Assembly: GCF_013167455.1 (NCBI RefSeq)
Contig: NZ_CP038328.1
From: Escherichia coli O157:H7
GTDB taxonomy: Bacteria > Pseudomonadota > Gammaproteobacteria > Enterobacterales > Enterobacteriaceae
Length of the DNA: 64,000 bases
Direction: 5' to 3' (one strand)
The notes beneath the pieces are model-generated. The model was not told the origin of the DNA, searched no databases, and worked only from the letters and a program-made list of their open reading frames with translations. The position numbers were made by a program, and so were the translations under genes. Shown piece by piece: positions 15,175 to 24,419 of the stretch. Positions within the stretch are counted from its first letter, which is position 1, and every line of letters starts with the position of its first letter.

Positions 15175-15506
15175 ATACCGATATGAGTCGTATTTTCAAC
15201 AGGATTTAGAAGGGATACATTCAGAGACAAACGCTGCTCTTTCTCCTGCGCCTTTTCTGCCTGCTGTCTCTGCAACTGCGCCAGTTGTGTTTCCAGTAGG
15301 GTGATTTGCTGTTGAATCAATTCGGCCTGTTTTTGCTTGTCTTCAGCACTGCCGCTAGTGTCTACAATCTCTTTAATGTGTTGAGTGAGTTTGATGATTT
15401 GCTGACTTATCCGCGCGATTTGTGAAGCAACATCGCTACCTTGTGATGCCCTGTTACTACTCTGTGTTTGTATGGAAGGAATTGAAGTTGAAGAGATAGT
15501 GGCCAT
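15165..15506 (-). CDS. FlxA-like small Q-rich coiled-coil protein (hypothetical)
   Basis: 113-aa ORF, overlaps yfeR 3' end by 10 bp; central coiled-coil [34 protein letters not shown] resembles the FlxA family; GCCGATAT (sigma-28 -10-like) lies about 28 nt upstream of the ATG. Confidence 0.45.
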   Translation of the reverse strand: MATISSTSIPSIQTQSSNRASQGSDVASQIARISQQIIKLTQHIKEIVDTSGSAEDKQKQAELIQQQITLLETQLAQLQRQQAEKAQEKEQRLSLNVSLLNPVENTTHIGIYI

Positions 15507-15595
15507 TGTTCAGTCCTCGTCACTGTACGAGGTAATATCGGCAGAAGAACAAGGAACTTGAGAAGAAAAATCAATCTTACAAATCGCAGATAGCA

Positions 15596-15622
15596 AAAAA
15601 GCGCCTTTAGGGCGCTTTTTTA
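15596..15622 (-). terminator. Rho-independent terminator at the end of the tRNA operon
   Basis: aaaaagcgcctttagggcgctttttt hairpin directly downstream (minus strand) of tRNA-Lys. Confidence 0.75.
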
Positions 15623-15625
15623 CAT

Positions 15626-15701
15626 TGGTGGGTCGTGCAGGATTCGAACCTGCGACCAATTGATTAAAAGTCAACTGCTCTACCAACTGAGCTAACGACC
15701 C
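15626..15701 (-). tRNA. lysV: tRNA-Lys (anticodon UUU)
   Basis: reverse complement reads GGGTCGTTAGCTCAGTTGGTAGAGCAGTTGACTTTTAATCAATTGGTCGCAGGTTCGAATCCTGCACGACCCACCA. Confidence 0.95.
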
Positions 15702-15705
15702 GAAG

Positions 15706-15781
15706 TGGTGGGTGATGACGGGATCGAACCGCCGACCCCCTCCTTGTAAGGGAGGTGCTCTCCCAGCTGAGCTAATCACCC
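15706..15781 (-). tRNA. valY: tRNA-Val (anticodon UAC), copy 1
   Basis: reverse complement reads GGGTGATTAGCTCAGCTGGGAGAGCACCTCCCTTACAAGGAGGGGGTCGGCGGTTCGATCCCGTCATCACCCACCA. Confidence 0.95.
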
Positions 15782-15827
15782 ACTTCGGTACTTCACATTT
15801 TTACAAGAAATTTAGCTGGTGAGAAAG

Positions 15828-15903
15828 TGGTGGGTGATGACGGGATCGAACCGCCGACCCCCTCCTTGTAAGGGAGGTGCTCTCCCAGCTGAGCTAATCA
15901 CCC
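15828..15903 (-). tRNA. valX: tRNA-Val (anticodon UAC), copy 2
   Basis: identical 76-nt tRNA-Val sequence. Confidence 0.95.
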
Positions 15904-15947
15904 ACTTCTCAATTTCTTGCTACACGGCGGAGACTACATAAAGTAGT

Positions 15948-16023
15948 TGGTGGGTGATGACGGGATCGAACCGCCGACCCCCTCCTTGTAAGGGAGGTGC
16001 TCTCCCAGCTGAGCTAATCACCC
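15948..16023 (-). tRNA. valU: tRNA-Val (anticodon UAC), copy 3
   Basis: identical 76-nt tRNA-Val sequence; first gene of the valU-valX-valY-lysV operon. Confidence 0.95.
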
Positions 16024-16281
16024 CCGCTGTGTGGAGTCGCATTATAGGGAGAGTTCAAAATGAGTCAACGCATTTTCTAAAGAAATTGTTCGTTCGTCGT
16101 AAATTTAAGCAAGATGATCGCAAAACAGACCGTGTTGCGCAATTTGTCAACGAAAACAATAATGCGTAAGGTTGCAACCCGAACTACATTGAGGAATCAG
16201 GCGGGAGTGATAGAATATCGCCCACTCAATTTTTCCAGGATTTGCCGGTTGTCGGCATCTTTCTAAACGTAAGGCCATTTC

Positions 16282-17697
16282 ATGAAAATCAAAACTCGCT
16301 TCGCGCCAAGCCCAACAGGCTATCTGCACGTTGGCGGCGCGCGTACTGCTCTTTACTCCTGGCTTTTTGCACGTAATCACGGCGGTGAGTTCGTGCTGCG
16401 TATTGAAGACACCGATCTTGAGCGTTCCACGCCGGAAGCTATCGAAGCCATTATGGATGGCATGAACTGGCTGAGCCTGGAGTGGGATGAAGGTCCGTAC
16501 TTCCAGACCAAACGTTTTGATCGCTACAACGCGGTGATCGATCAGATGCTGGAAGAGGGCACAGCTTATAAATGCTATTGCTCTAAAGAGCGCCTGGAAG
16601 CGCTGCGCGAAGAGCAAATGGCGAAAGGTGAGAAGCCGCGTTATGACGGTCGCTGCCGCCACAGTCATGAGCATCACGCTGATGATGAGCCGTGTGTCGT
16701 ACGTTTTGCTAACCCGCAGGAAGGTTCTGTTGTTTTTGACGATCAGATCCGTGGTCCGATCGAGTTCAGCAACCAGGAACTGGACGATCTTATTATCCGC
16801 CGTACCGATGGTTCCCCAACCTATAACTTCTGTGTGGTTGTCGATGACTGGGATATGGAAATCACCCACGTTATCCGTGGCGAAGACCATATCAACAACA
16901 CGCCACGCCAGATCAACATTCTTAAAGCCCTGAAAGCGCCGGTACCGGTTTACGCGCACGTTTCTATGATCAACGGCGATGACGGCAAAAAACTGTCCAA
17001 ACGTCACGGGGCAGTCAGCGTAATGCAGTATCGTGATGACGGTTATTTGCCAGAAGCACTGCTGAACTATCTGGTGCGTCTGGGCTGGTCCCACGGCGAT
17101 CAGGAAATCTTCACTCGTGAAGAGATGATCAAATACTTCACTTTGAATGCCGTCAGCAAATCTGCCAGTGCGTTCAACACCGACAAGCTGCTGTGGCTGA
17201 ACCATCACTACATTAACGCGCTGCCGCCGGAGTATGTTGCTACTCACTTACAGTGGCACATTGAGCAGGAAAATATCGATACCCGTAACGGCCCGCAGCT
17301 GGCTGATCTGGTGAAACTGCTGGGCGAACGCTGCAAGACGCTGAAAGAGATGGCACAGAGCTGCCGTTATTTCTACGAAGATTTTGCTGAGTTCGATGCC
17401 GACGCCGCGAAAAAACATCTGCGTCCGGTAGCGCGTCAGCCGCTGGAAGTGGTTCGTGACAAACTGGCCGCGATTACTGACTGGACAGCTGAAAACGTTC
17501 ATCACGCTATTCAGGCGACGGCGGATGAGCTGGAAGTGGGTATGGGTAAAGTTGGTATGCCGCTGCGTGTCGCCGTAACCGGTGCGGGGCAGTCTCCGGC
17601 GCTGGACGTTACCGTTCACGCGATCGGTAAGACCCGCAGTATCGAGCGTATCAACAAAGCGCTGGCTTTTATTGCGGAACGCGAAAATCAGCAGTAA
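16282..17697 (+). CDS. gltX: Glutamyl-tRNA synthetase
   Basis: 471 aa; class I HIGH motif ([15 protein letters not shown]) and KMSKS-like (KLSKR). Confidence 0.95.
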
Positions 17698-18240
17698 TTA
17701 GCGCATAAAAGATAAACGGCAGGAGAGATACCCCTGCCGTTTTTTATTTATCCGGTGCGCCGTAAAACCCCGTCCTTCAGGGCGGGGATATAAGGCGCGG
17801 TTTTCCACCTGACCAGGTGTTTGCTGTTGTTCAATGTATTGGCGGATGACGGATATTGGCGCACCTCCGCAGCTACTGGCAAAATAGCCAGGACTCCACA
17901 AAACGCCTTTGTAGTAATACCTGACTGCAATATCTGGTCGATCTCGTCGCAGTAACCTACCCGATACGCCTTTGAGGCTGTTTACCAGACTGGATATCGC
18001 CAGTTTGGGAGGATAGTTAGTTAACAAATGGACGTGATCTGGTTCGCCATCCATTTCAACCAGTTCAGCTTCAAAATCAGCACATACATTTGAAAAGTAA
18101 GTGCGTAGTTTTTCTGTCGCGTCATAGTCAAAAATCTGACGTCGGTATCTGGTGACAAAGAACAGATGAACATGCATCAGGAAAACACAATGCCTTCCCC
18201 GTCGGATATCGGTTTCTTTATTCATAGACCAAAGTATCAT
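17698..18240 (-). CDS. tnpA: IS200/IS605-family transposase TnpA (HuH single-strand transposase)
   Basis: 180-aa ORF with HuH motif HVHLL and catalytic Tyr context SVIRQYIEQQ; stop codon abuts the gltX stop. Confidence 0.8.
   Translation of the reverse strand: MILWSMNKETDIRRGRHCVFLMHVHLFFVTRYRRQIFDYDATEKLRTYFSNVCADFEAELVEMDGEPDHVHLLTNYPPKLAISSLVNSLKGVSGRLLRRDRPDIAVRYYYKGVLWSPGYFASSCGGAPISVIRQYIEQQQTPGQVENRALYPRPEGRGFTAHRINKKRQGYLSCRLSFMR
17715..17746 (+). terminator. Hairpin plus T-run downstream of gltX (either the native gltX terminator or the IS left-end hairpin)
   Basis: aaacggcaggagagatacccctgccgtttttt. Confidence 0.6.
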
Positions 18241-18247
18241 TTGGCCT

Positions 18248-20769
18248 GTGAAACGACTACAGGCATTTAAATTCCAGTTAAGACCAGGTGGTCAACAGGA
18301 GCGTGAAATGAGGCGCTTCGCAGGCGCATGTCGTTTCGTTTTCAATCGTGCTCTGGCGCTTCAGAATGAGAATCATGAGGCCGGTAATAAATACATCCCT
18401 TACGGGAAAATGGCTTCCTGGCTGGTTGAGTGGAAAAACGCCACTGAAACGCAATGGCTTAAAGATGCCCCGTCACAGCCATTGCAACAGTCACTGAAAG
18501 AGCTTGAGCGGGCTTACAAAAACTTCTTCCGGAAGCGGGCTGCTTTTCCCCGATTCAAAAAGCGGGGACAGAATGATGCATTCTGAACCGCCCCGGGAAT
18601 CCTGGAGACTAAACTCCCTGAGAAAGAGGTAAACAGGATGACTAAAAATACACGTTTTTCCCCCGAGGTCCGTCAACGAGCAGTTCGTATGGTTCTGGAA
18701 AGTCAGGGCGAATATGACTCACAATGGGCGGCAATTTGTTCCATTGCCCCAAAGATTGGCTGTACACCAGAGACTCTGCGTGTGTGGGTTCGTCAGCATG
18801 AGCGGGATACCGGGAGTGGTGATGGTGGACTCACCACCGCTGAACGTCAGCGTCTGAAAGAGCTGGAACGTGAAAATCGTGAACTGCGCCGCAGTAACGA
18901 TATCCTTCGCCAGGCTTCCGCTTATTTTGCGAAGGCGGAGTTCGACCGCCTCTGGAAAAAATAATGCCGCTGCTGGATAAGCTGCGTGAGCAGTACGGGG
19001 TCGGACCGGTATGCAGTGAACTGCATATTGCCCCGTCAACGTATTACCACTGTCAGCAACAGCGACATCATCCTGATAAACGCAGTGCCCGTGCTCAGCG
19101 CGATGACTGGCTGAAGAGAGAGATACAGCGCGTATACGATGAAAATCATCAGGTGTACGGTGTGCGTAAAGTCTGGCGCCAGTTGTTACGCGAAGGTATC
19201 AGGGTGGCCAGATGTACAGTGGCGCGCCTCATGGCGGTTATGGGACTTGCCGGTGTTCTCCGGGGTAAAAAGGTCCGTACTACCGTCAGCCGGAAAGCCG
19301 TTTCCGCAGGCGACCGCGTAAACCGTCAGTTCGTGGCAGAACGTCCTGACCAGCTGTGGGTGGCTGATTTTACTTACGTCAGCACATGGCAGGGCTTCGT
19401 CTATGTGGCGTTCATCATTGATGTGTTTGCCGGATGTATCGTGGGGTGGCGAGTCTCATCGTCTATGGAAACGACATTCGTGCTGGATGCACTGGAGCAG
19501 GCGTTGTGGGCCCGTCGGCCGTCCGGCACAGTCCATCACAGTGATAAAGGTTCTCAGTATATATCACTGGCCTATACGGAGCGACTAAAAGAAGCAAAAC
19601 TGCTGGCATCAACAGGGAGTACAGGTGACTCGTATGACAACGCGATGGCGGAGAGCATCAATGGTCTTTACAAAGCGGAGGTAATACACCGTAAGAGCTG
19701 GAAAAACCGTGCAGAAGTGGAACTGGCCACACTCACGTGGGTGGACTGGTATAACAATCGACGATTGCTGGGAAGGCTGGGTCATATCCCTCCGGCAGAA
19801 GCAGAAAAAGCTTATTATGCTTCCATCAGAAACGATGATCTGGCAGCCTGAGTTCACAGATAAAACACTCTCCAGGAAAACCGGGGCGGTTCATTCCGCT
19901 ACCCGCAGGGCGTTAAGCTCGATCAGGAAAACAGCCGTATTTTTCTGCCGAAACTTGGCTGGATGCGCTACCTGAACAGCCGTCAGGTCACGGGTGTTGT
20001 GAAAAATGTCACTGTCAGCCAGTCCTGCGGTAAGTGGTACATCAGTATTCAGACAGAAAGTGAAGTATCAACTCCGGTTCACCCTTCAGCATCAATGGTC
20101 GGACTGGATGCTGGCGTGGCTAAACTCGCCACGCTGTCAGATGGCACAGTCTTTGAGCCTGTAAACAGTTTTCAGAAAAACCAGAAGAAGTTGGCGAGAC
20201 TTCAGCGACAGTTAAGCCGCAAGGTCAAATTCAGCAATAACTGGCAGAAGCAGAAACGCAAAATACAGCGACTGCATTCCTGTACCGCAAATATCCGCAG
20301 GGACTACCTTCACAAAGTCACAACGACCGTCAGCAAAAACCACGCAATGATAGTCATTGAGGATTTGAAGGTCAGCAACATGTCAAAGTCAGCAGCGGGT
20401 ACGGTCAGCCAGCCGGGGCGCAATGTCCGGGCAAAATCAGGTTTAAACCGTTCGATACTGGATCAGGGCTGGTATGAAATGCGCCGCCAGCTTGAGTACA
20501 AGCAGCTCTGGCGTGGCGGTCAGGTACTGGCTGTTCCGCCAGCGTACACAAGCCAGCGTTGCGCGTGCTGTGGTCATACAGCGAAAGAAAACCGCCTGTC
20601 ACAAAGTAAATTCAGATGCCAGGTATGTGGATATACAGCGAACGCCGATGTAAACGGCGCTCGTAACATTTTAGCGGCGGGGCACGCCGTTCTTGCCTGT
20701 GGAGAGATGGTGCAGTCAGGCCGCTCGTTGAAGCAGGAACCCACCGAAATGATTCAGGCGACAGCCTGA
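18248..20769 (+). pseudogene. tnpB: TnpB (IS605 OrfB, RNA-guided endonuclease family) split by IS629 insertion
   Basis: N-terminal 112 aa (18248..18583) and C-terminal 290 aa (19897..20769) join in frame after removing IS629 and one TSD copy; RuvC motifs [18 protein letters not shown] and zinc finger CACCGH...CQVCGY present. Confidence 0.8.
18584..19893 (+). mobile_element. IS629-like element (IS3 family), copy A, 1310 bp, variant sequence
   Basis: ends TGAACCGCCCCGG...CCGGGGCGGTTCA; orfA 18638..18964 ([23 protein letters not shown]...), orfB 18964..19851 (DDE integrase); 3-bp TSD TTC at 18581-18583 and 19894-19896. Confidence 0.85.
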
Positions 20770-20808
20770 ACGTAGCAGGGATCCTCGTCATTCAGGGCGT
20801 GGAGGATG

Positions 20809-21201
20809 TCAAGCTGATTCATCTATGTCGAGACGAGCAAGGAAATTACGAATTCCTTCGCGTGACAAAAATTGCGCAACTTTTTCCTGCTCACTGTGAG
20901 TCATGTTGTCTATTGCACTGATGATTTGCCGATAAGCAGGAGTGCGAATCCCCGGTGCGTATTCGGCAAGGGGTTCTTCGGCTTCCAGAAGCATCGGTGT
21001 GTTATGGAAGGCTGGCGTGTTCTGAATAAACTCGCAAACTTGCGTATCGACCAGAATAAGTCTGGCACGACCGCCTTTCACGCCGGGAAATTTTTCCGTT
21101 TTCCAGCCTTTTTCTCTGATCCAACGGTTAACAGTTTGTTTAGCCACACCGAGGCATTCAGCCAGTTCTTCGGTGGTCATTTTATTGCGTAATCTTTTCA
21201 T
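20809..21201 (-). CDS. yfeD: Putative DNA-binding protein YfeD
   Basis: 130-aa ORF with HTH (ELAECLGVAKQTVNRWIREKGW), paralogous to adjacent yfeC. Confidence 0.8.
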   Translation of the reverse strand: MKRLRNKMTTEELAECLGVAKQTVNRWIREKGWKTEKFPGVKGGRARLILVDTQVCEFIQNTPAFHNTPMLLEAEEPLAEYAPGIRTPAYRQIISAIDNMTHSEQEKVAQFLSREGIRNFLARLDIDESA

Positions 21202-21202
21202 A

Positions 21203-21562
21203 TTATTTGCTATCGCGAATCCCTAAGCGTTGTAACAATCCGATAATCCCTTCCCGCAGAAGCAAGGATGTAAACTGTTTTTGTTCAACTGGCGTCATCT
21301 CTTTCGCCAGTGTCACCAGCAATACTTCAAGCGGCGCATCACCAGAAAGGGCAGGCGCTTCTCCCTGACCTTCTGGACGTTCAGCATTACGAATATATTC
21401 ACGAACCTGTTCATTGACGTGAACCAGTCGGGCTTTGCCACCCTGGACGCCAGGTTTTGGTGACGTTGTCCAGCCTTCCTTGCGTACCCATTTATTAATG
21501 GTCTGGCGGCTATAGCCGGTCAGTCTGGCAAGTTCATCTGGTGTCATCCTCTCCTTGAACAT
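21203..21562 (-). CDS. yfeC: Putative DNA-binding protein YfeC
   Basis: 119-aa ORF with HTH (ELARLTGYSRQTINKWVRKEGW). Confidence 0.8.
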   Translation of the reverse strand: MFKERMTPDELARLTGYSRQTINKWVRKEGWTTSPKPGVQGGKARLVHVNEQVREYIRNAERPEGQGEAPALSGDAPLEVLLVTLAKEMTPVEQKQFTSLLLREGIIGLLQRLGIRDSK

Positions 21563-21782
21563 AACAATTCCCTGAATGTATGTGGGTCTATTAGTAGTTC
21601 ATTTTATAGCACCACTTTACAGGAAACCGTGACATGAATAACTACTGAATGCGAGCGGTTTTCCAAAATTGTTCATTTGCCTGATTTTTCAGCGATTGAA
21701 ACTACACGTTGCAATTTGCCGTTGACACATTCGGGCGGAATTCATATGATGCCGCCCGTCAACTCGACAAGCTTTACGTGAC

Positions 21783-21858
<76 letters not shown>

Positions 21859-21897
21859 AATTTTGCACCCAGCAAATTTGGTACGTAAACGCATCGT

Positions 21898-21973
<76 letters not shown>

Positions 21974-22180
21974 AATTTCCAACCCTCGCTGCAAAGCGGG
22001 GGTTTTTTGTCTCTGCTTTTTGCCGCTTTTGTAATACAGTCTACGTCCGGGTTAGTGCCGCCTGGTGAAAGCATCATTGGATGAAAAATCGGCAACAGGA
22101 TGGCCCCTGTTTGCTTCGCAATGCGAATAAACTTATTATTTGTGTGCCTGAAAACCCCGATCAGTGAGAGTAGTGTACTC

Positions 22181-24370
22181 ATGTTTGTGGAGCATAACCT
22201 GATAAAAAATATCAAGATATTCACACTAGCGTTTACGCTCACCGTGGTACTTATTCAGCTATCCCGTTTTATTTCGCCACTTGCCATTATCCATTCCAGT
22301 TATATCTTTCTGGCGTGGATGCCACTGTGCGTAATGCTGTCAATCTTGTTTATCTTTGGCTGGCGCGGTGTCGTTCCCGTTTTATGCGGGATGTTTTGCA
22401 CCAATCTGTGGAACTTTCATCTCTCTTTTTTACAGACTGCGGTCATGCTCGGTAGCCAGACGTTTGTCGTGTTGTGTGCCTGCGCAATATTACGCTGGCA
22501 GCTGGGGACGCGTTGGCGTTATGGATTGACCAGCCGATATGTCTGGCAACGTCTGTTCTGGCTTGGTTTGGTGACGCCGATCGGCATCAAATGCAGCATG
22601 TATCTTGTGGGGAGCTTCTTTGATTTCCCGCTAAAGATATCCACCTTTTTCGGCGATGCGGATGCCATTTTCACGGTCGTTGATTTGCTAAGCCTTTTCA
22701 CCGCTGTGCTGATTTACAACATGCTTTTCTACTATCTCACTCGCATGATTGTAAGTCCCCACTTTGCGCAGATATTGTGGCGCAGGGATATCGCTCCGTC
22801 GTTGGGCAAAGAGAAACGCGCATTTACCTTAAGCTGGCTGGCAGCGTTAAGCGTGCTGCTACTTCTGTTGTGCACACCTTATGAAAACGACTTTATTGCC
22901 GGTTACCTGGTACCCGTTTTCTTCATCATCTTTACCCTCGGGGTCGGTAAGCTTCGCTATCCGTTTTTAAATCTCACTTGGGCTGTTTCAACGCTTTGCC
23001 TGCTGAATTACAACCAGAACTTTTTGCAAGGGGTGGAAACCGAATATTCGCTGGCATTTATTCTCGCGGTGCTGATTTCCTTTAGCGTTTGCCTGCTCTA
23101 TATGGTGCGCATTTATCATCGCAGTGAATGGCTTAATCGCCGCTGGCATTTGCAGGCGCTGACCGATCCGTTAACGCTCCTGCCCAACTTTCGTGCGTTG
23201 GAACAAGCGCCGGAGCAAGAGGCGGGCAAGAGTTTTTGCTGCCTGCGCATTGATAATCTTGAGTTTATGAGTCGTCATTACGGGTTGATGATGCGTGTTC
23301 ACTGTATCCGATCAATTTACCGTACGCTGCTGCCATTGATGCAGGAAAACGAAAAGTTGTATCAATTGCCGGGTAGTGAACTGCTGTTAGTGCTGAGCGG
23401 GCCTGAAACGGAAGGGCGACTCCAGCATATGGTTAACATCCTGAATAGTCGGCAAATTCACTGGAACAATACCGGGCTGGATATGGGCTATGGTGCTGCC
23501 TGGGGGCGTTTTGATGGAAATCAGGAAACCCTGCAACCCTTGTTGGGGCAGTTAAGCTGGCTGGCGGAGCAATCCTGCGCACATCATCATGTGCTGGCGC
23601 TGGATAGCCGAGAGGAGATGGTTTCCGGGCAGACCACTAAACAGGTGCTATTGCTGAATACCATTCGCACGGCGTTAGATCAGGGTGATTTGCTGCTCTA
23701 CGCCCAGCCAATTCGCAACAAAGAGGGTGAAGGTTATGATGAGGTCCTCGCGCGACTGAAATATGACGGCGGCATTATGACCCCGGATAAGTTTCTGCCC
23801 CTTATTGCTCAGTTTAACCTTAGCGCGCGTTTTGATTTGCAAGTGCTGGAATCCTTGTTGAAGTGGCTGGCAACACACCCTTGCGACAAAAAAGGCCCGC
23901 GCTTTTCAGTTAATTTAATGCCGCTCACGCTGCTGCAAAAGAATATTGCCGGGCGGATTATTCGTCTATTTAAGCGTTATCACATCTCCCCGCAGGCGGT
24001 CATTCTTGAGATCACCGAGGAGCAGGCGTTTTCTAACGCAGAAAGCAGCATGTACAACATCGAGCAGCTGCATAAGTTTGGTTTCCGGATTGCGATTGAT
24101 GACTTTGGCACCGGCTATGCCAACTACGAACGGTTAAAGCGTTTGCAGGCTGATATCATCAAAATTGATGGCGTCTTTGTGAAAGATATTGTCACGAATA
24201 CGCTGGATGCGATGATTGTGAGATCAATTACCGATCTGGCGAAAGCGAAGTCATTGAGTGTGGTCGCGGAGTTTGTCGAGACGCAACAGCAACAGGCGCT
24301 ATTGCATAAGCTCGGGGTGCAATATCTGCAAGGGTATTTGATTGGTCGCCCGCAGCCATTAGCTGATTAA
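22181..24370 (+). CDS. pdeA: Membrane-anchored c-di-GMP phosphodiesterase (MASE1 + degenerate GGDEF + EAL)
   Basis: ORF 22100..24370; start placed at MFVEHN (22181); N-terminal multi-TM region, C-terminal EAL domain. Confidence 0.88.
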   Translation: MFVEHNLIKNIKIFTLAFTLTVVLIQLSRFISPLAIIHSSYIFLAWMPLCVMLSILFIFGWRGVVPVLCGMFCTNLWNFHLSFLQTAVMLGSQTFVVLCACAILRWQLGTRWRYGLTSRYVWQRLFWLGLVTPIGIKCSMYLVGSFFDFPLKISTFFGDADAIFTVVDLLSLFTAVLIYNMLFYYLTRMIVSPHFAQILWRRDIAPSLGKEKRAFTLSWLAALSVLLLLLCTPYENDFIAGYLVPVFFIIFTLGVGKLRYPFLNLTWAVSTLCLLNYNQNFLQGVETEYSLAFILAVLISFSVCLLYMVRIYHRSEWLNRRWHLQALTDPLTLLPNFRALEQAPEQEAGKSFCCLRIDNLEFMSRHYGLMMRVHCIRSIYRTLLPLMQENEKLYQLPGSELLLVLSGPETEGRLQHMVNILNSRQIHWNNTGLDMGYGAAWGRFDGNQETLQPLLGQLSWLAEQSCAHHHVLALDSREEMVSGQTTKQVLLLNTIRTALDQGDLLLYAQPIRNKEGEGYDEVLARLKYDGGIMTPDKFLPLIAQFNLSARFDLQVLESLLKWLATHPCDKKGPRFSVNLMPLTLLQKNIAGRIIRLFKRYHISPQAVILEITEEQAFSNAESSMYNIEQLHKFGFRIAIDDFGTGYANYERLKRLQADIIKIDGVFVKDIVTNTLDAMIVRSITDLAKAKSLSVVAEFVETQQQQALLHKLGVQYLQGYLIGRPQPLAD

Positions 24371-24378
24371 CAGGCGTA

Positions 24379-24412
24379 AAAAAGCCGGGGAATTATCCCC
24401 GGCTTTTTTATG
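24379..24412. terminator. Bidirectional terminator between convergent pdeA and nupC
   Basis: aaaaaagccggggaattatccccggctttttt. Confidence 0.75.
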
Positions 24413-24419
24413 TATGGTC

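Larger units (their letters stand above)
17698..20808. mobile_element. IS200/IS605-family insertion element carrying divergent tnpA and tnpB, itself interrupted by IS629; ends not resolved
   Basis: HuH Y1 transposase ORF (minus) and TnpB ORF (plus) fill the space between gltX and yfeD, which I recall as adjacent in K-12; candidate subterminal hairpins at 17768-17787 and 20779-20808. Confidence 0.6.

Noticed and set aside
15510..15779. 89-aa ORF on the minus strand
   Set aside because: Overlaps tRNA-Lys and tRNA-Val genes and the operon terminator; the translation is tRNA sequence read as protein.
16147..17247. 366-aa ORF on the minus strand
   Set aside because: Lies entirely antisense to gltX, whose class I synthetase motifs are clear; low-complexity translation with no recognisable domain. 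Treated as a shadow ORF of a highly expressed gene.
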